The notes under the pieces are model-generated. The model worked only from the letters and a program-made list of their open reading frames with translations, was not told the DNA's origin and made no database searches. Source: a virus. Taken from it: a stretch of 64,000 nt of DNA. The DNA lies in IMG/VR virus record IMGVR_UViG_3300035034_002581. The stretch is one strand, 5' to 3'. Made by a program: the position numbers and the translations under genes. This document shows positions 41,998 to 52,213 of the stretch, piece after piece (the first letter of the stretch is position 1; every line of letters starts with the position of its first letter).

Positions 41998-43225
41998 AAA
42001 GGACTTGCTTTAAAGTATGAACGATCTCTACGAGATCTTTTTGTGCTGCCATTACATCATCAATCTCTTTGTATGCTGCAGGTGTCTCGTCGATAACACT
42101 CTTATCCTTCTTGCATTCAACACCCTCAGTTGCATCACGGTGCATCTTTAGTGTGAAGGTCTTGCGTGCTTCACCTCTAGACATTTTTCTTCCTGCTCCG
42201 TGGCTACAAGAATCGAAAGATTCCTTGTTACCCAATCCACGAACGACGTAAGACTTATCTCCCATCGAGCCAGGAATGATACCGAGCTTACCCTTTGCAG
42301 CACACACAGCACCCTTTCTTGTCAAGATCACATTCTTTCCGAAGTGCTTTTCACGGGAGATGTAGTTGTGGTGGCAGTTAACTGCAGTCAAGGATGCATT
42401 GAACTTACGCTTAAGTACCTTCTTCATTGCCGCTATGACCTGATCCATCATCAGTTCACGGTTGACTCTAGCATAGTTCTGTGCCCATTCAACAGCCTCA
42501 ACGTAATCGTTGAAGTGTGCAGTACCTTCAGGCAAATATGCAAGATTCTCGTCCTTCAAGTTGATGAAGTGACGTCTCATATCTTCCTTGGCAAGTCGGA
42601 TAAAGTAGCTACCAATTTTGTTTCCAATACCACGTGAGCCTGAGTGGAGCATGACCCAGACTCTGTTACTCTCGTCGAGGCAAACTTCGATGAAGTGATT
42701 CCCAGTTCCCAACGTTCCTAGGTGACGGAATGTATTACCGCCTGCAACTTTAGGATGCTTAGCAACGATGCTATTAAACGTTACTTCAAGTTCAGACCAC
42801 GCATTCGCCTGTGCTACTGGGATCTTGTTCTCATCCCAACCGCCCTTATCATACTTTCCTCCATTGTTTGTCCTGCCGTGTGGAACAGCAGCTTCAATAG
42901 CAGTACGCATTGCTTTCAAACTAGAAGGCAGATCCTCAGCAGTTAGATCAGTCATTGCTGCACACATGCCGCATCCGATGTCAACTCCAACTGCGGCAGG
43001 AATTACTGCTCCGACAGTCGGAATGACGCTACCAACAGTAGCTCCCATACCCCAGTGAACGTCAGGCATAGCTGCAATCCACTTGTGAATGAAAGGCATT
43101 TCTGCAGCATTAATTAGCTGTTGCTTTGCAGCATCTTCAACAGGGACACCTTTTGTCCACATCTTGATTAGACCCTTCTCAGTCTTTAAAATTTCATAGT
43201 TTGATTTGTTCTTGCTGTTTGACAT
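41984..43225 (-). CDS. rtcB: RtcB-family RNA 3'-phosphate/2',3'-cyclic phosphate ligase
   Basis: 413 aa; conserved RtcB metal/GTP-binding motifs (MGATVGSV, GCGMCAA, HSGSRGIGNKIGS, NCHHNY, SCSHGAGR). Confidence 0.85.
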   Translation of the reverse strand: MSNSKNKSNYEILKTEKGLIKMWTKGVPVEDAAKQQLINAAEMPFIHKWIAAMPDVHWGMGATVGSVIPTVGAVIPAAVGVDIGCGMCAAMTDLTAEDLPSSLKAMRTAIEAAVPHGRTNNGGKYDKGGWDENKIPVAQANAWSELEVTFNSIVAKHPKVAGGNTFRHLGTLGTGNHFIEVCLDESNRVWVMLHSGSRGIGNKIGSYFIRLAKEDMRRHFINLKDENLAYLPEGTAHFNDYVEAVEWAQNYARVNRELMMDQVIAAMKKVLKRKFNASLTAVNCHHNYISREKHFGKNVILTRKGAVCAAKGKLGIIPGSMGDKSYVVRGLGNKESFDSCSHGAGRKMSRGEARKTFTLKMHRDATEGVECKKDKSVIDETPAAYKEIDDVMAAQKDLVEIVHTLKQVLCVKG

Positions 43226-43324
43226 AATTTACCTCGCGATTGATCTTTCCTTAGATCAGTCACGTTAATTTGTTCAAGCATGTTTTGCCTGACTCTATTC
43301 TATCTCATCTGCAATCAATTTGCA

Positions 43325-43564
43325 CTACATTTTTGAATGAAGTTTTGTTATTTCTTCATTGAGTGAAATCAAGTCCTCTTCAAGGTCTGAGATCCTCTCA
43401 TTTAGTGATTGATTTTCTTGTTCGAGCTCTGAAAAGGATAGGATCTTGTCGAGCTTGTTTTCATCAATAGATAGTAGTTTAAATAGAATCTTAGTTGCTT
43501 TTTCTACTTTTGATAGTCGACTCATAAAGTCTACGTCTTGTCCAGGATACCACATAAATGCCAT
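43325..43564 (-). CDS. Small coiled-coil protein
   Basis: 79 aa, heptad-rich C-terminus. Confidence 0.3.
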   Translation of the reverse strand: MAFMWYPGQDVDFMSRLSKVEKATKILFKLLSIDENKLDKILSFSELEQENQSLNERISDLEEDLISLNEEITKLHSKM

Positions 43565-43603
43565 GGCTGGGCTCCAAATTATGATTTGGTTTGAGTGATC
43601 TGC

Positions 43604-43873
43604 TCAAGAGAAGTTGTCTCTTTGTATTTTGTCGCTGATTGTTCGTGCCCAGTGTTTAGCTTCTTCTTCACTTGGCAACCCTTTAGTCTCAGTCTCGCCA
43701 GTAGAAAGATTTTCTACAGTCGTCAAATACTGATCATTCTGAATGTCGAAAATGATTGTAATTCGAGATTCTTCTGATATCCATGGGTAGTGATCAACGC
43801 GTTCACCGCGCCTGAGGTTTCTGGCAATTTCTTCTCTTAGAAACGTTCTAAGGAGCTTTATGGAGTGTGACAT
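43604..43873 (-). CDS. Hypothetical protein (N-terminus KLLRTFLREEIARNL resembles IIKEEL-family motif)
   Basis: 89-aa ORF. Confidence 0.35.
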   Translation of the reverse strand: MSHSIKLLRTFLREEIARNLRRGERVDHYPWISEESRITIIFDIQNDQYLTTVENLSTGETETKGLPSEEEAKHWARTISDKIQRDNFS

Positions 43874-43935
43874 TGTCTATAAATAGGTAAGTCTAGACAT
43901 TGTATATTTTCTTCACAAAGTTATTCGTGTCTACC

Positions 43936-44508
43936 TTAGAGGTTCTCAATCTCATTTAAGATCTTGTCAGTTTTTAAGTGATCTTGAAAGTCAATCTTTT
44001 TGAGATTTTCTTTTAAGTCGATGAATGACTGTGCTGTATCCTTTATGACACATTCTGTGCTACCAAAGACAGTCATTAAATCAGCAGACATTTTTGAAAT
44101 CTGTCGACATAATGCTGCAAATCTTTCGTCCATGTTTGGCGTACCTTCACCCATATCAATCAGTTTGATATCTGTGTCTAATGCAATATATACGGTTCCA
44201 GATTTGTGATGCAGCATTTTGCATATAGAACCTCTAGATGATTTCAATATCTTTTTTGAAATCTTGTCAACAGTCAGCTTCTTAAATGGATGTGTTTCTA
44301 AAACAGTAGAAGGACCTTCATACGACAGTGATTTTATCCAGGGTGTACTTTCTTTACTAAGATATTCAAGTGTACCTTTGTCAAAGAAAGTAAGATCGAT
44401 TTTGTCGTTCTTCAATATTTCTCTAAAGTCTTTGCTTTTAGGTACTGTAAAATCACTGGCGACGACAAGGTCACCCTTGTAAAAAAGTGACCTTGTCGAT
44501 TCTGACAT
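43936..44508 (-). CDS. Hypothetical protein
   Basis: 190-aa ORF. Confidence 0.4.
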   Translation of the reverse strand: MSESTRSLFYKGDLVVASDFTVPKSKDFREILKNDKIDLTFFDKGTLEYLSKESTPWIKSLSYEGPSTVLETHPFKKLTVDKISKKILKSSRGSICKMLHHKSGTVYIALDTDIKLIDMGEGTPNMDERFAALCRQISKMSADLMTVFGSTECVIKDTAQSFIDLKENLKKIDFQDHLKTDKILNEIENL

Positions 44509-44726
44509 TACACTGCCTCATCCAAAGCATTGATTACTGCATCAACAAGATCCTCATCCATTTTTGCTCTAATCTTAAGAATTCTAATGGCCGCTTTTAC
44601 TGCCTTAATGTCGATCTGCTCTTTGTAATCGGCATCAATCTCCTTTCTATCGTCCCTGAGAAGGGCCATTTCATTTTCATTTTCTTTTACCTTGCTAACA
44701 TACTCTCTAATGAGTTTATTTTGCAT
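44508..44726 (-). CDS. Hypothetical small protein
   Basis: 72-aa ORF, start/stop overlap with neighbours. Confidence 0.3.
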   Translation of the reverse strand: MQNKLIREYVSKVKENENEMALLRDDRKEIDADYKEQIDIKAVKAAIRILKIRAKMDEDLVDAVINALDEAV

Positions 44727-45009
44727 TTGGGATCTCCTTTTTGTTGGTCCACTTCTTATATTCTACAATCCTTCTCGGTTTTTCATCTTTTTCTGTCGGG
44801 CGATACCATGTTTTTGCACACTTTTTAGTACAGAATGTATCAAAGTGATGTGGTGGTAGCCATCCAGTTTCATTTATGACGACGAAAACCTTGAGAGAAC
44901 TATTTGAATGACAACAGGCACATGAAGCCTCCAGGATCGGAGGCTCTTCAGGTAAACCTGGCTTTTCTGTCGAGAATTTAATCTCAATGTTTTTCTTTCT
45001 TCTTCCCAT
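44716..45009 (-). CDS. Hypothetical Cys-rich basic protein
   Basis: 97 aa; CACCH...C..C pattern. Confidence 0.3.
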   Translation of the reverse strand: MGRRKKNIEIKFSTEKPGLPEEPPILEASCACCHSNSSLKVFVVINETGWLPPHHFDTFCTKKCAKTWYRPTEKDEKPRRIVEYKKWTNKKEIPNAK

Positions 45010-45272
45010 AAATCATAATATCCCATTCAGATCTGATTTACAATAAAATTATTTTTTAAACAATACACGTACTATGTGAATAATTGTTTGTATGAAGAAA
45101 TAAAAAAATACGCGCGCCTTGCGCAAGTAAGATCTAAATATATTAACATAGAAGATTATTACGCTAATAATCTGTATAGTGTATTTCATACCGAAAATTC
45201 CTATGTGATCTGTTATAAATATTGATCAGTGCACTATATAGTTACAAATAGCTTATCTTCAAGGAGAAGAAC

Positions 45273-45560
45273 ATGGACGTGTATACGCTAGGACAGGATA
45301 TCAGAGTTAAGGCATCGGGCGGAGACGCAATGATCGTAAACCCCTCTAACATGGAGGTTCTATCTAACGACTATGCGACAGATAGCTGGCTAAGACTTCA
45401 GGCTGGACAACAGCTAATGTTATCAGGAATGTACAACAATGATGTATTCCTAGTAGTAGTTGAGTCATCAGAAGACTTTGCTAATACAGAAGGGACTTTC
45501 GGAATCGTTCTACGAAAGGCGTCTTGGAACAAAGTACTAGAGGCCTCAGTAGTCGGGTAA
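45273..45560 (+). CDS. Hypothetical protein (one of very few plus-strand genes); AAGGAG RBS
   Basis: caaggagaagaacATG context; divergent from 44716..45009 across a 260-bp AT-rich intergenic region. Confidence 0.45.
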   Translation: MDVYTLGQDIRVKASGGDAMIVNPSNMEVLSNDYATDSWLRLQAGQQLMLSGMYNNDVFLVVVESSEDFANTEGTFGIVLRKASWNKVLEASVVG

Positions 45561-45562
45561 TC

Positions 45563-45865
45563 TTAAGCACATAGTTTAGAAGACATTTTAGACATGACAA
45601 GGTTAATAGCTTTGTCATGTTTTTTAGCGTAAGCAGAAAGTTCACTCACACTCAATCCTATGAATTTCTGAAAGCCGTCAGTTATTTCGACAATCTTATC
45701 AGAGACTACTAATGCACCTGACGGCACACCAAACTCTGCAGGCGTGATTGAATAGAGTTCCATACTGCTTTCGCATAATTGACACGGAAGAGACTTCGGT
45801 GGCTTTTTAAAGTCACCACTTGCTTCAAAAGTTGAATTACAGTATGGACATGACACATTATGCAT
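45563..45865 (-). CDS. Hypothetical zinc-ribbon protein
   Basis: CPYC...CQLC four-Cys pattern. Confidence 0.35.
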   Translation of the reverse strand: MHNVSCPYCNSTFEASGDFKKPPKSLPCQLCESSMELYSITPAEFGVPSGALVVSDKIVEITDGFQKFIGLSVSELSAYAKKHDKAINLVMSKMSSKLCA

Positions 45866-45982
45866 TAAAGTAGCTCCTAATCTTCATTCTGACGTATCTA
45901 GAATGTCTGTGAAATGCTTTTGGTGCTTGTAGCAATAAAACATGTGGCAACGAATTTAAAAACTTCTAAGATACCACACAAT

Positions 45983-46306
45983 CTAATTAATATCGTTATC
46001 AACTGGAACATTGTACGTAAGAAGTCCGGCATTGTGACACCTTAAAACTTCATCCGACACGACATTCCTTGGGTACAAAAACTCTACATGATTAAGACCT
46101 TCACAATAGAAGACCCATCGTTGCTCTTTGATCATTGGCACATTGTTTCTAAATGGAACTGCAGCATACCTGTAAATGACAAGGGTTTTACCCTCTACTT
46201 CTTTGCACTTAATTGCGACGGCATTTCCGTGTCTTGTTTTAATCCAGCATCCCGGTTCAATCTTGGACATGTTATCAATCCTCTTCTGAGTTTGTGAATG
46301 ATGCAA
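45983..46306 (-). CDS. Hypothetical protein
   Basis: 107-aa ORF. Confidence 0.35.
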   Translation of the reverse strand: MHHSQTQKRIDNMSKIEPGCWIKTRHGNAVAIKCKEVEGKTLVIYRYAAVPFRNNVPMIKEQRWVFYCEGLNHVEFLYPRNVVSDEVLRCHNAGLLTYNVPVDNDIN

Positions 46307-46649
46307 TTTTTATTATACAGACCATGATGGTGGGTATGATCATTAATGTGTATTGACCAGAGAAAAAATGGGTCCCGAATGCTACAAGCATCAAGATGGC
46401 CAAAACAACGCTAGACATTTTGCGTGTACTGACTGGAAGCATACCAAAAGCACATACAATTTCAATGATACCCACAATCTGCATAACAGGGTCGAAATAG
46501 CCCCATTGTGCAAATTGAACTGCAAGACTCGGAAATGAGTTAAACTTGAGTGCACCCATAATTGCAAATGTAATAGAAGCGAAAAACATGCAGAACATTG
46601 CTAGTCTTTCTTTTTCCACTACATCTCCAACGATTAATTGTAACAACAT
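46275..46649 (-). CDS. DoxX-like small integral membrane protein
   Basis: Four hydrophobic segments in 124 aa. Confidence 0.4.
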   Translation of the reverse strand: MLLQLIVGDVVEKERLAMFCMFFASITFAIMGALKFNSFPSLAVQFAQWGYFDPVMQIVGIIEIVCAFGMLPVSTRKMSSVVLAILMLVAFGTHFFSGQYTLMIIPTIMVCIIKIASFTNSEED

Positions 46650-46673
46650 GATGAAGGATTTACAATAAACTTT

Positions 46674-48485
46674 TCACTTTCTTGACGAAATCATCTGTTT
46701 TAAGACATTCCGCAAGAAAGCTTCAGACATGTTGTCTGTTGTGTTTAAGTAAGCTTCTACTTCTGCTTTGTCAAGTGCCTTTCCAAGCTCGCCACCCTTG
46801 ATGCCTTGTGCCATAAGATCTTTTGCACTTGACGCAGGCGGGCTTTCTGCAAAACTAACAAACTTACGGGCATCAGACGGGCTGAGAGAAGAAGATGGCG
46901 AATTGTTTGAAAAATCGATCACGTCCTGGCTCGAAAGCTTGTACTTCTTTCCAAACTTGATGTATTCTTTCTTTAAGTTCACAACATTATTGATGTCAAT
47001 TGAGCTTAATCGGATCAAGAAAGAAACGATGTCACCAACTGAATTCTTAAATCGCATTCTCTTCAACGTCTTCAGGGTGGCTGACGGATCATTAGCTGAC
47101 AACATTGTAGCAATTTGAACCTCAATACTTCCACCTAGAGAAATTCCACTCTCAGGACCCAGAACCCTCAGCCCAGGAAATATTTGGTCAGTTACAGAAA
47201 GTTCAACTGCCCAATCAATGTACTCTAGCGGATCTACTGCGGTGAGAATGCCCTTTACAAACTCATCTTGAATTCGGTCAGGAGACACACCCTTTAGGCC
47301 GCTCTTTGCTACCTGAGTAACAGCGTCTTCGGTCTCTTGATCAAGTCTTGATCCCATTCTCGCAGCAAATCTTATCGCTCGTAGCACACGAAGTGGATCT
47401 TCATTAAATCTTTCAATGGGATTGCCTACTGCACGAATCACTCTGTTTTTGATGTCTTCAATGCCACCTACGAGGTCAACAATTTCTTTCTCATCAATAT
47501 CGTAAAAAAGTGCGTTAACTGTGAGATCTCTTCTTTTAACATCGTCTTCGATAGAGGCCCACCTAACTTCGTCAGGACGCCTACCAGATCCAATATCTTC
47601 ACGGAATGTAGCGATCTCGTACTCGTTACCTTCGTCAGTCCAAACACGAACAACACCAAAGTCCTTGCCTGTTAGATCGATCTTAAAGTTGAGATTTGAC
47701 AGCACTTCAATTACACGGTCGGGTGTAAGATCAGTTGCAAGGTCATAGTCCTTTGGCGTTTTGTTCAGAAGTGTATCCCTAACAGCGCCACCAACTACAA
47801 AGAGGTCGCCGTATCTTTTAATTACATTGTGGATCGCAATGAGATCTTCTGGTAGATCCATTGACATGGGCCTTCGAATCTCTTCACTCTCTTTGATCAT
47901 AGAACTCATTTTTGACTCTTTAAGATCGAGGATGTCTTGATAGTTACAATTTGCAATCTTTTGAAACCTTTCCACTGGGTGCCCAACGCCTTCGACTCCA
48001 TAAAAATCAGCAGCATTTTCAAATGAACTTAAGTGATGATGCCTATCATCCCAAAAGTGAGCTTCTGATATCACTGGATGTTGTGCAAGGATCTTTTTAA
48101 TCTGTGACACCTTAAAGGATTCTGTGTCATTGGTCGTTTTCAAGTATACAGCGTCAAAATTAAGACCAGCTTGATGCAAAAGTTCAGCAACTCTGTATCT
48201 AATTGCGGCATTTGAGTTCGGCCTCCCAGTCATTAACACACAGAGAATGTTAGGATCAGCAATTGATTGCTTAGCCAAAGCAACAATCTCAGTATTCCAC
48301 CAATCCTTACTCGGAACTTCAGGAACACAAGGCTCAGATAAAGAAGCTGGGTAAGTCCACCAGCGACCAGGACCTTTATGTGCAGGCCAATCTGTTGGGT
48401 AAGTTGGACTTCCGAAAAGTGTTCCATCGAAGTCAAAAACATGAAGTATTAGTGTCATCTTGGTATCTCTGTAATTGATCCGCAA
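46674..48485 (-). CDS. Fusion protein: N-terminal HAD-superfamily (polynucleotide 3'-phosphatase-like) domain + class II tRNA nucleotidyltransferase (CCA-adding enzyme) head/neck
   Basis: HVFDFDGTLFG (HAD motif I) and HFWDDR (motif IV) in first about 190 aa; then LFVVGGAVRDTLL, DYDLATDLTP (DxD) and RRDLTVNAL motifs diagnostic of class II CCA-adding/polyA polymerase family. Confidence 0.75.
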   Translation of the reverse strand: MRINYRDTKMTLILHVFDFDGTLFGSPTYPTDWPAHKGPGRWWTYPASLSEPCVPEVPSKDWWNTEIVALAKQSIADPNILCVLMTGRPNSNAAIRYRVAELLHQAGLNFDAVYLKTTNDTESFKVSQIKKILAQHPVISEAHFWDDRHHHLSSFENAADFYGVEGVGHPVERFQKIANCNYQDILDLKESKMSSMIKESEEIRRPMSMDLPEDLIAIHNVIKRYGDLFVVGGAVRDTLLNKTPKDYDLATDLTPDRVIEVLSNLNFKIDLTGKDFGVVRVWTDEGNEYEIATFREDIGSGRRPDEVRWASIEDDVKRRDLTVNALFYDIDEKEIVDLVGGIEDIKNRVIRAVGNPIERFNEDPLRVLRAIRFAARMGSRLDQETEDAVTQVAKSGLKGVSPDRIQDEFVKGILTAVDPLEYIDWAVELSVTDQIFPGLRVLGPESGISLGGSIEVQIATMLSANDPSATLKTLKRMRFKNSVGDIVSFLIRLSSIDINNVVNLKKEYIKFGKKYKLSSQDVIDFSNNSPSSSLSPSDARKFVSFAESPPASSAKDLMAQGIKGGELGKALDKAEVEAYLNTTDNMSEAFLRNVLKQMISSRK

Positions 48486-48931
48486 ATATCAACAGGATCG
48501 ATTGTCTCAAAGTCGCTTAATAGAAAATCATTTGAGTCTCTAGGTTTCGCGTCTAATTCTGGGTTGATTGCAATTGTAACGTGAGGAAAGTTAGGTCCCT
48601 TCATCGGGACTGGAAAGTTTGACGTATCAACAAAAGCCGTGATTATTTTATCATTTCGAGCGATCTTAGTTACTTTCAAACACTCATCGGCGCCGAGCCA
48701 CCTAGGAGGAGTTCTAAAACTCTTTCCCTGCTCAACGGGAGAAATGATGGTCATATGATGGCTATTAACTTTCCATCCTTGCGGCGCGAGAGACGCTAAT
48801 TTGCTTTGAGAATCTTCGTCTAGAACAAATGCTGTATAGTAGATCGACTTATCAGGGTTTAAGGTCATTTCCCTCAATAGTGCTCTTACTACTTCTCTAA
48901 CTAAACTAGACATTAATCTAACCCTAGGCAA
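48455..48931 (-). CDS. Hypothetical protein
   Basis: 158-aa ORF. Confidence 0.35.
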   Translation of the reverse strand: MPRVRLMSSLVREVVRALLREMTLNPDKSIYYTAFVLDEDSQSKLASLAPQGWKVNSHHMTIISPVEQGKSFRTPPRWLGADECLKVTKIARNDKIITAFVDTSNFPVPMKGPNFPHVTIAINPELDAKPRDSNDFLLSDFETIDPVDICGSITEIPR

Positions 48932-49542
48932 AAATGAACTCTTTCTCTAGCCCGATCTATTGCAGCTGATTTGCACGAAGAGCCTAAGTCATAAACAGCT
49001 ATGTGATCTTCGATGCCTATAATGTGACCATACTCATGGCACAAAATACCAAAAGCGTCAGGTTGTACCGCGGCGATCATTAGATTTGCTTCTTCACAGT
49101 ATGTATTTTCTTCTGTGACTTCTCTATTAAATTTTTCATAATTCTCTGTAATGAAAATCCAAAACTCAGTTGAAGAGTAAATTCTGATCGTACCTCTCCA
49201 AGGTTGTGCGTCAGCGATTCGTGTCCACTTTTCGCCAGAGCCTGAATGGCCAGTTATTACTTGATTGTCAACAGCTCGAACTTCTACACGTCCAAACCCA
49301 TCTCTGATATGGTTTAGATGACTGCGGTCTAAACCGTTGGGAAGATAAAACTCAATGTCTGACATACTCACTGAGAACCAGTCTTCAAAATCAGAAACAA
49401 TGGAGACTTCTACGACATTGAGTGCTCTTGTTCCGGGTTGTTGAAGCGAGAAGATATACATGCACATCACAATAGCGACACAGATTGTTGTAGCCTTGAG
49501 GACCCTAGTAGAATGTGCATTTTTTCTACGTATCTTTGTCAT
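48913..49542 (-). CDS. Membrane-anchored metzincin-type zinc metalloprotease
   Basis: HEYGHIIGIEDH = HExxHxxGxxH metzincin motif; hydrophobic N-terminal anchor TTICVAIVMCMYIFSL. Confidence 0.55.
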   Translation of the reverse strand: MTKIRRKNAHSTRVLKATTICVAIVMCMYIFSLQQPGTRALNVVEVSIVSDFEDWFSVSMSDIEFYLPNGLDRSHLNHIRDGFGRVEVRAVDNQVITGHSGSGEKWTRIADAQPWRGTIRIYSSTEFWIFITENYEKFNREVTEENTYCEEANLMIAAVQPDAFGILCHEYGHIIGIEDHIAVYDLGSSCKSAAIDRARERVHFCLGLD

Positions 49543-49554
49543 TGCACAATCTTC

Positions 49555-49797
49555 CTAGAAATCAAAAAGTTCTTTTATGCTTCCCGGGCACACGAGATCA
49601 TCTTCTTCTTCTAATTCATCATCATCATCGACGTCCTGAAATGGTGCTTTGCCTAAGAGTCCATGTTGTGGACCGCCACTTTGATTGATTGTCTTACTCA
49701 TTCCTCGGCCAAAAACACCATGCTCATAAAACTGCTTTGAGTAAATTCGTTTTGTATGCTCTCTTAGCAGTCTTTTGTCCATTCTATATCTTGCCAT
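49555..49797 (-). CDS. Hypothetical acidic protein
   Basis: 80 aa, DDDDELEEEDD stretch. Confidence 0.3.
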   Translation of the reverse strand: MARYRMDKRLLREHTKRIYSKQFYEHGVFGRGMSKTINQSGGPQHGLLGKAPFQDVDDDDELEEEDDLVCPGSIKELFDF

Positions 49798-49947
49798 ATG
49801 ATTCTCTCTATAGAATACATATCAAAGGACCGGAGATTTAGTCGCTTTCAAATTTTATCACACAGGCAAATTTTTTGCACAGCATATTGCGTTCACAAGC
49901 TGACGTTGCAGATGGAACATCTGCACCGCAGATGTTTCCTCTCAACG

Positions 49948-50310
49948 CTATTTCTTCCATTTTGTGTTTCCATTGACATCAAGCACAATAGTCACATGTG
50001 ACCAGAGTGATTTTTCGATCTTAAAGCGGTAGTCGGGAACTTCAATGACACTACAAGATATGCTCGACAGTAAGTGAACTAGGCATAATGCTCGAGCAGT
50101 CGGTCCAAACGGCGATCCTTTAACATTAGTCTCAGTAATTTTACTGACCATAAATGAGGAAACAATTTGCAGTTTTTCACCATTCCAGTCTGTAACCTCC
50201 GAGACAATTAGTGCATCTCCTCTGCAAATAGGGATATTGTCAAAAGTGCCTAATCGTATCGAATCCACTTTGTGCTCCCATTTTTGTCGACAACACACAT
50301 GACTTTGCAT
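49948..50310 (-). CDS. Hypothetical protein, paralog of 50250..50648 (shared GD.I.V...NG.TKW pattern)
   Basis: Both end ...NGNTKWKK / ...NGSTKWIRYD and share GDALIVSEV / GDLIIVNGK motifs. Confidence 0.35.
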   Translation of the reverse strand: MQSHVCCRQKWEHKVDSIRLGTFDNIPICRGDALIVSEVTDWNGEKLQIVSSFMVSKITETNVKGSPFGPTARALCLVHLLSSISCSVIEVPDYRFKIEKSLWSHVTIVLDVNGNTKWKK

Positions 50311-50648
50311 CCAAAATTATAACCCCTTGCCAAAACATAATCATACACTTCAATACAGCGTTTTGCGTGAGAGTCTATAAGCGATATTATAGCAAAATTG
50401 TCTTTGTCATGGCTCATGCCTATAAACTTCGTAATTTTTGTAACAATGTAAGCATTTGTACACCGAAAGTCTTTTTCTTGTTTGCTTTTTTTGCCATTAA
50501 CAATGATAAGATCGCCTAAGACTAATTTGACTCTGTTGCTGACAGCTTTAGGAGGCTTAGTCTTAGGCGTACATCGCAAAAATTCAACAGGCAGGACTCT
50601 TAATTGTACTTGATTGAAAGACTCAAAGTACATATCATTACTTCCCAT
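50250..50648 (-). CDS. Hypothetical protein, paralog of 49948..50310
   Basis: See above. Confidence 0.35.
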   Translation of the reverse strand: MGSNDMYFESFNQVQLRVLPVEFLRCTPKTKPPKAVSNRVKLVLGDLIIVNGKKSKQEKDFRCTNAYIVTKITKFIGMSHDKDNFAIISLIDSHAKRCIEVYDYVLARGYNFGCKVMCVVDKNGSTKWIRYD

Positions 50649-50767
50649 TTGATCTATTCCACTTCAATTTCCCACTGCATCTTGCGATTGACTGCAGTCA
50701 TAAGTTTTGTTGTTTGACTGTAAAGAATGTCTAGTGAATGAACAATGATTTTTGAACTCACTATTCT

Positions 50768-51316
50768 CTACTTGGAGTTGATAAAAAACAGAATGTTCGT
50801 AGGTAGGCAGTATCGCTTACCATCTGCACACAGCACCCAAGTGTGTTCAAATGGTGGAAATGAACCTGGGGCTTCGCGATGCTTAAGAGTGATTCCAAAA
50901 GTTTTGTGTAGAAACGAAAGTGTACTCGGAATTGAAATATGTACACCGTATCTCGGCCCACACTCTTTGGTTCCAAATTTATTTTCACTTTCTTCTTGGT
51001 GAAATCGCTTTTTTGACTTTTTGTCGTCAAAAAGATTTTTTAGGCCCACACCGTTGATGTAAACTATTAGTCCTTCACCAAGCGCGTGACTTGGAAGGTC
51101 GTAAAAATCACTTCCAAGCAATTCGAGGTCAGCTAAAGTTAAAGTTGACACAGGAGTTGCATCACAATTACTCATATTGTCAATTCCAGGAAGGACAGAA
51201 AAACCATAAATATTCATGGTCTTATCTTTTAGCTCCGCTAGAAAAGACTCGCTATACATTTCATCGTCAGTGTAAGCAACCAGTCTTTTCTCTTCTTCTG
51301 ACAACAGATGTGACAT
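50768..51316 (-). CDS. Hypothetical protein
   Basis: 182-aa ORF. Confidence 0.35.
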   Translation of the reverse strand: MSHLLSEEEKRLVAYTDDEMYSESFLAELKDKTMNIYGFSVLPGIDNMSNCDATPVSTLTLADLELLGSDFYDLPSHALGEGLIVYINGVGLKNLFDDKKSKKRFHQEESENKFGTKECGPRYGVHISIPSTLSFLHKTFGITLKHREAPGSFPPFEHTWVLCADGKRYCLPTNILFFINSK

Positions 51317-51466
51317 GAAAAATCCTATACTTACAACATTACTGCATGAAGTATAAAATTACAAAAATACTATACAAAAAACAGAATTGATGAATACAGG
51401 ACAATAATGATCACAAGCAACACCATACACATCGTAAAGAATAGTTGTTGCTCGTAAGTCATTTGA

Positions 51467-51832
51467 TCACAAAATCATGCGATAAGAAACGTAACCTTCT
51501 GTAGTATCTTCGTCGAGGGCAGCATCTTTAACTAGTTGTGCTAAAGCAGTGTAAATAGCACTTTCTGGATGCTGATCCGACATTGAGCCGGCCTCTGCCC
51601 AGTCATATGCAAACTCAACGATCTCATCACGGGAGACTACTTGATCGGCTTTTTCAATGTACCCTTCCGCAGGGTCAAAAATCGATAAAATAACTTTCTT
51701 TAGATTGTCGATCATGTCAAGATATGTGCTACGATAGGAGTCAAAGTCCACGACTTCACCCTCATTCATAACTCTAGCAAGCTCTTCCTTGATAATCTTT
51801 CTAATTGTGGATTTCTTAACTTGTGTTTTCAT
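51467..51832 (-). CDS. IIKEEL-motif family protein
   Basis: Starts MKTQVKKSTIRKIIKEELARVMNEG. Confidence 0.5.
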   Translation of the reverse strand: MKTQVKKSTIRKIIKEELARVMNEGEVVDFDSYRSTYLDMIDNLKKVILSIFDPAEGYIEKADQVVSRDEIVEFAYDWAEAGSMSDQHPESAIYTALAQLVKDAALDEDTTEGYVSYRMIL

Positions 51833-51847
51833 GACTGGGTATCCTCT

Positions 51848-52213
51848 TTAGCGTCGTTTTGCTAGGTGTTGTTTAATAACTCTCATCGCTTCGTCTTGCC
51901 TATTGATTGATACATGAGCAAATGCCTTTCGTGCCACATTCTCTGGTATTGAGCGATCCTCATACATTCTTAAAATACGAACGCAAAGTAGCTTGTCATT
52001 CTCCATTGCACTTAAGAAGTTGGCTTCACCCAAAGAGTGAACCAAGATGTGTGTTCGCTTCTTGTCTTCGAATTGTTTTAAGATTGGAAAATCATCGTAA
52101 AGTGTCCGCATTAACGAAACAGGCTTATCCTCTCCAGATAGCCAATCCAGAATGCCTTCTCTTTGAAGTTCCTCTCGGATGATTTTAACGAGCTTGGCTT
52201 TTTTGATTTTCAT
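51848..52213 (-). CDS. IIKEEL-motif family protein
   Basis: Starts MKIKKAKLVKIIREELQREG. Confidence 0.5.
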   Translation of the reverse strand: MKIKKAKLVKIIREELQREGILDWLSGEDKPVSLMRTLYDDFPILKQFEDKKRTHILVHSLGEANFLSAMENDKLLCVRILRMYEDRSIPENVARKAFAHVSINRQDEAMRVIKQHLAKRR

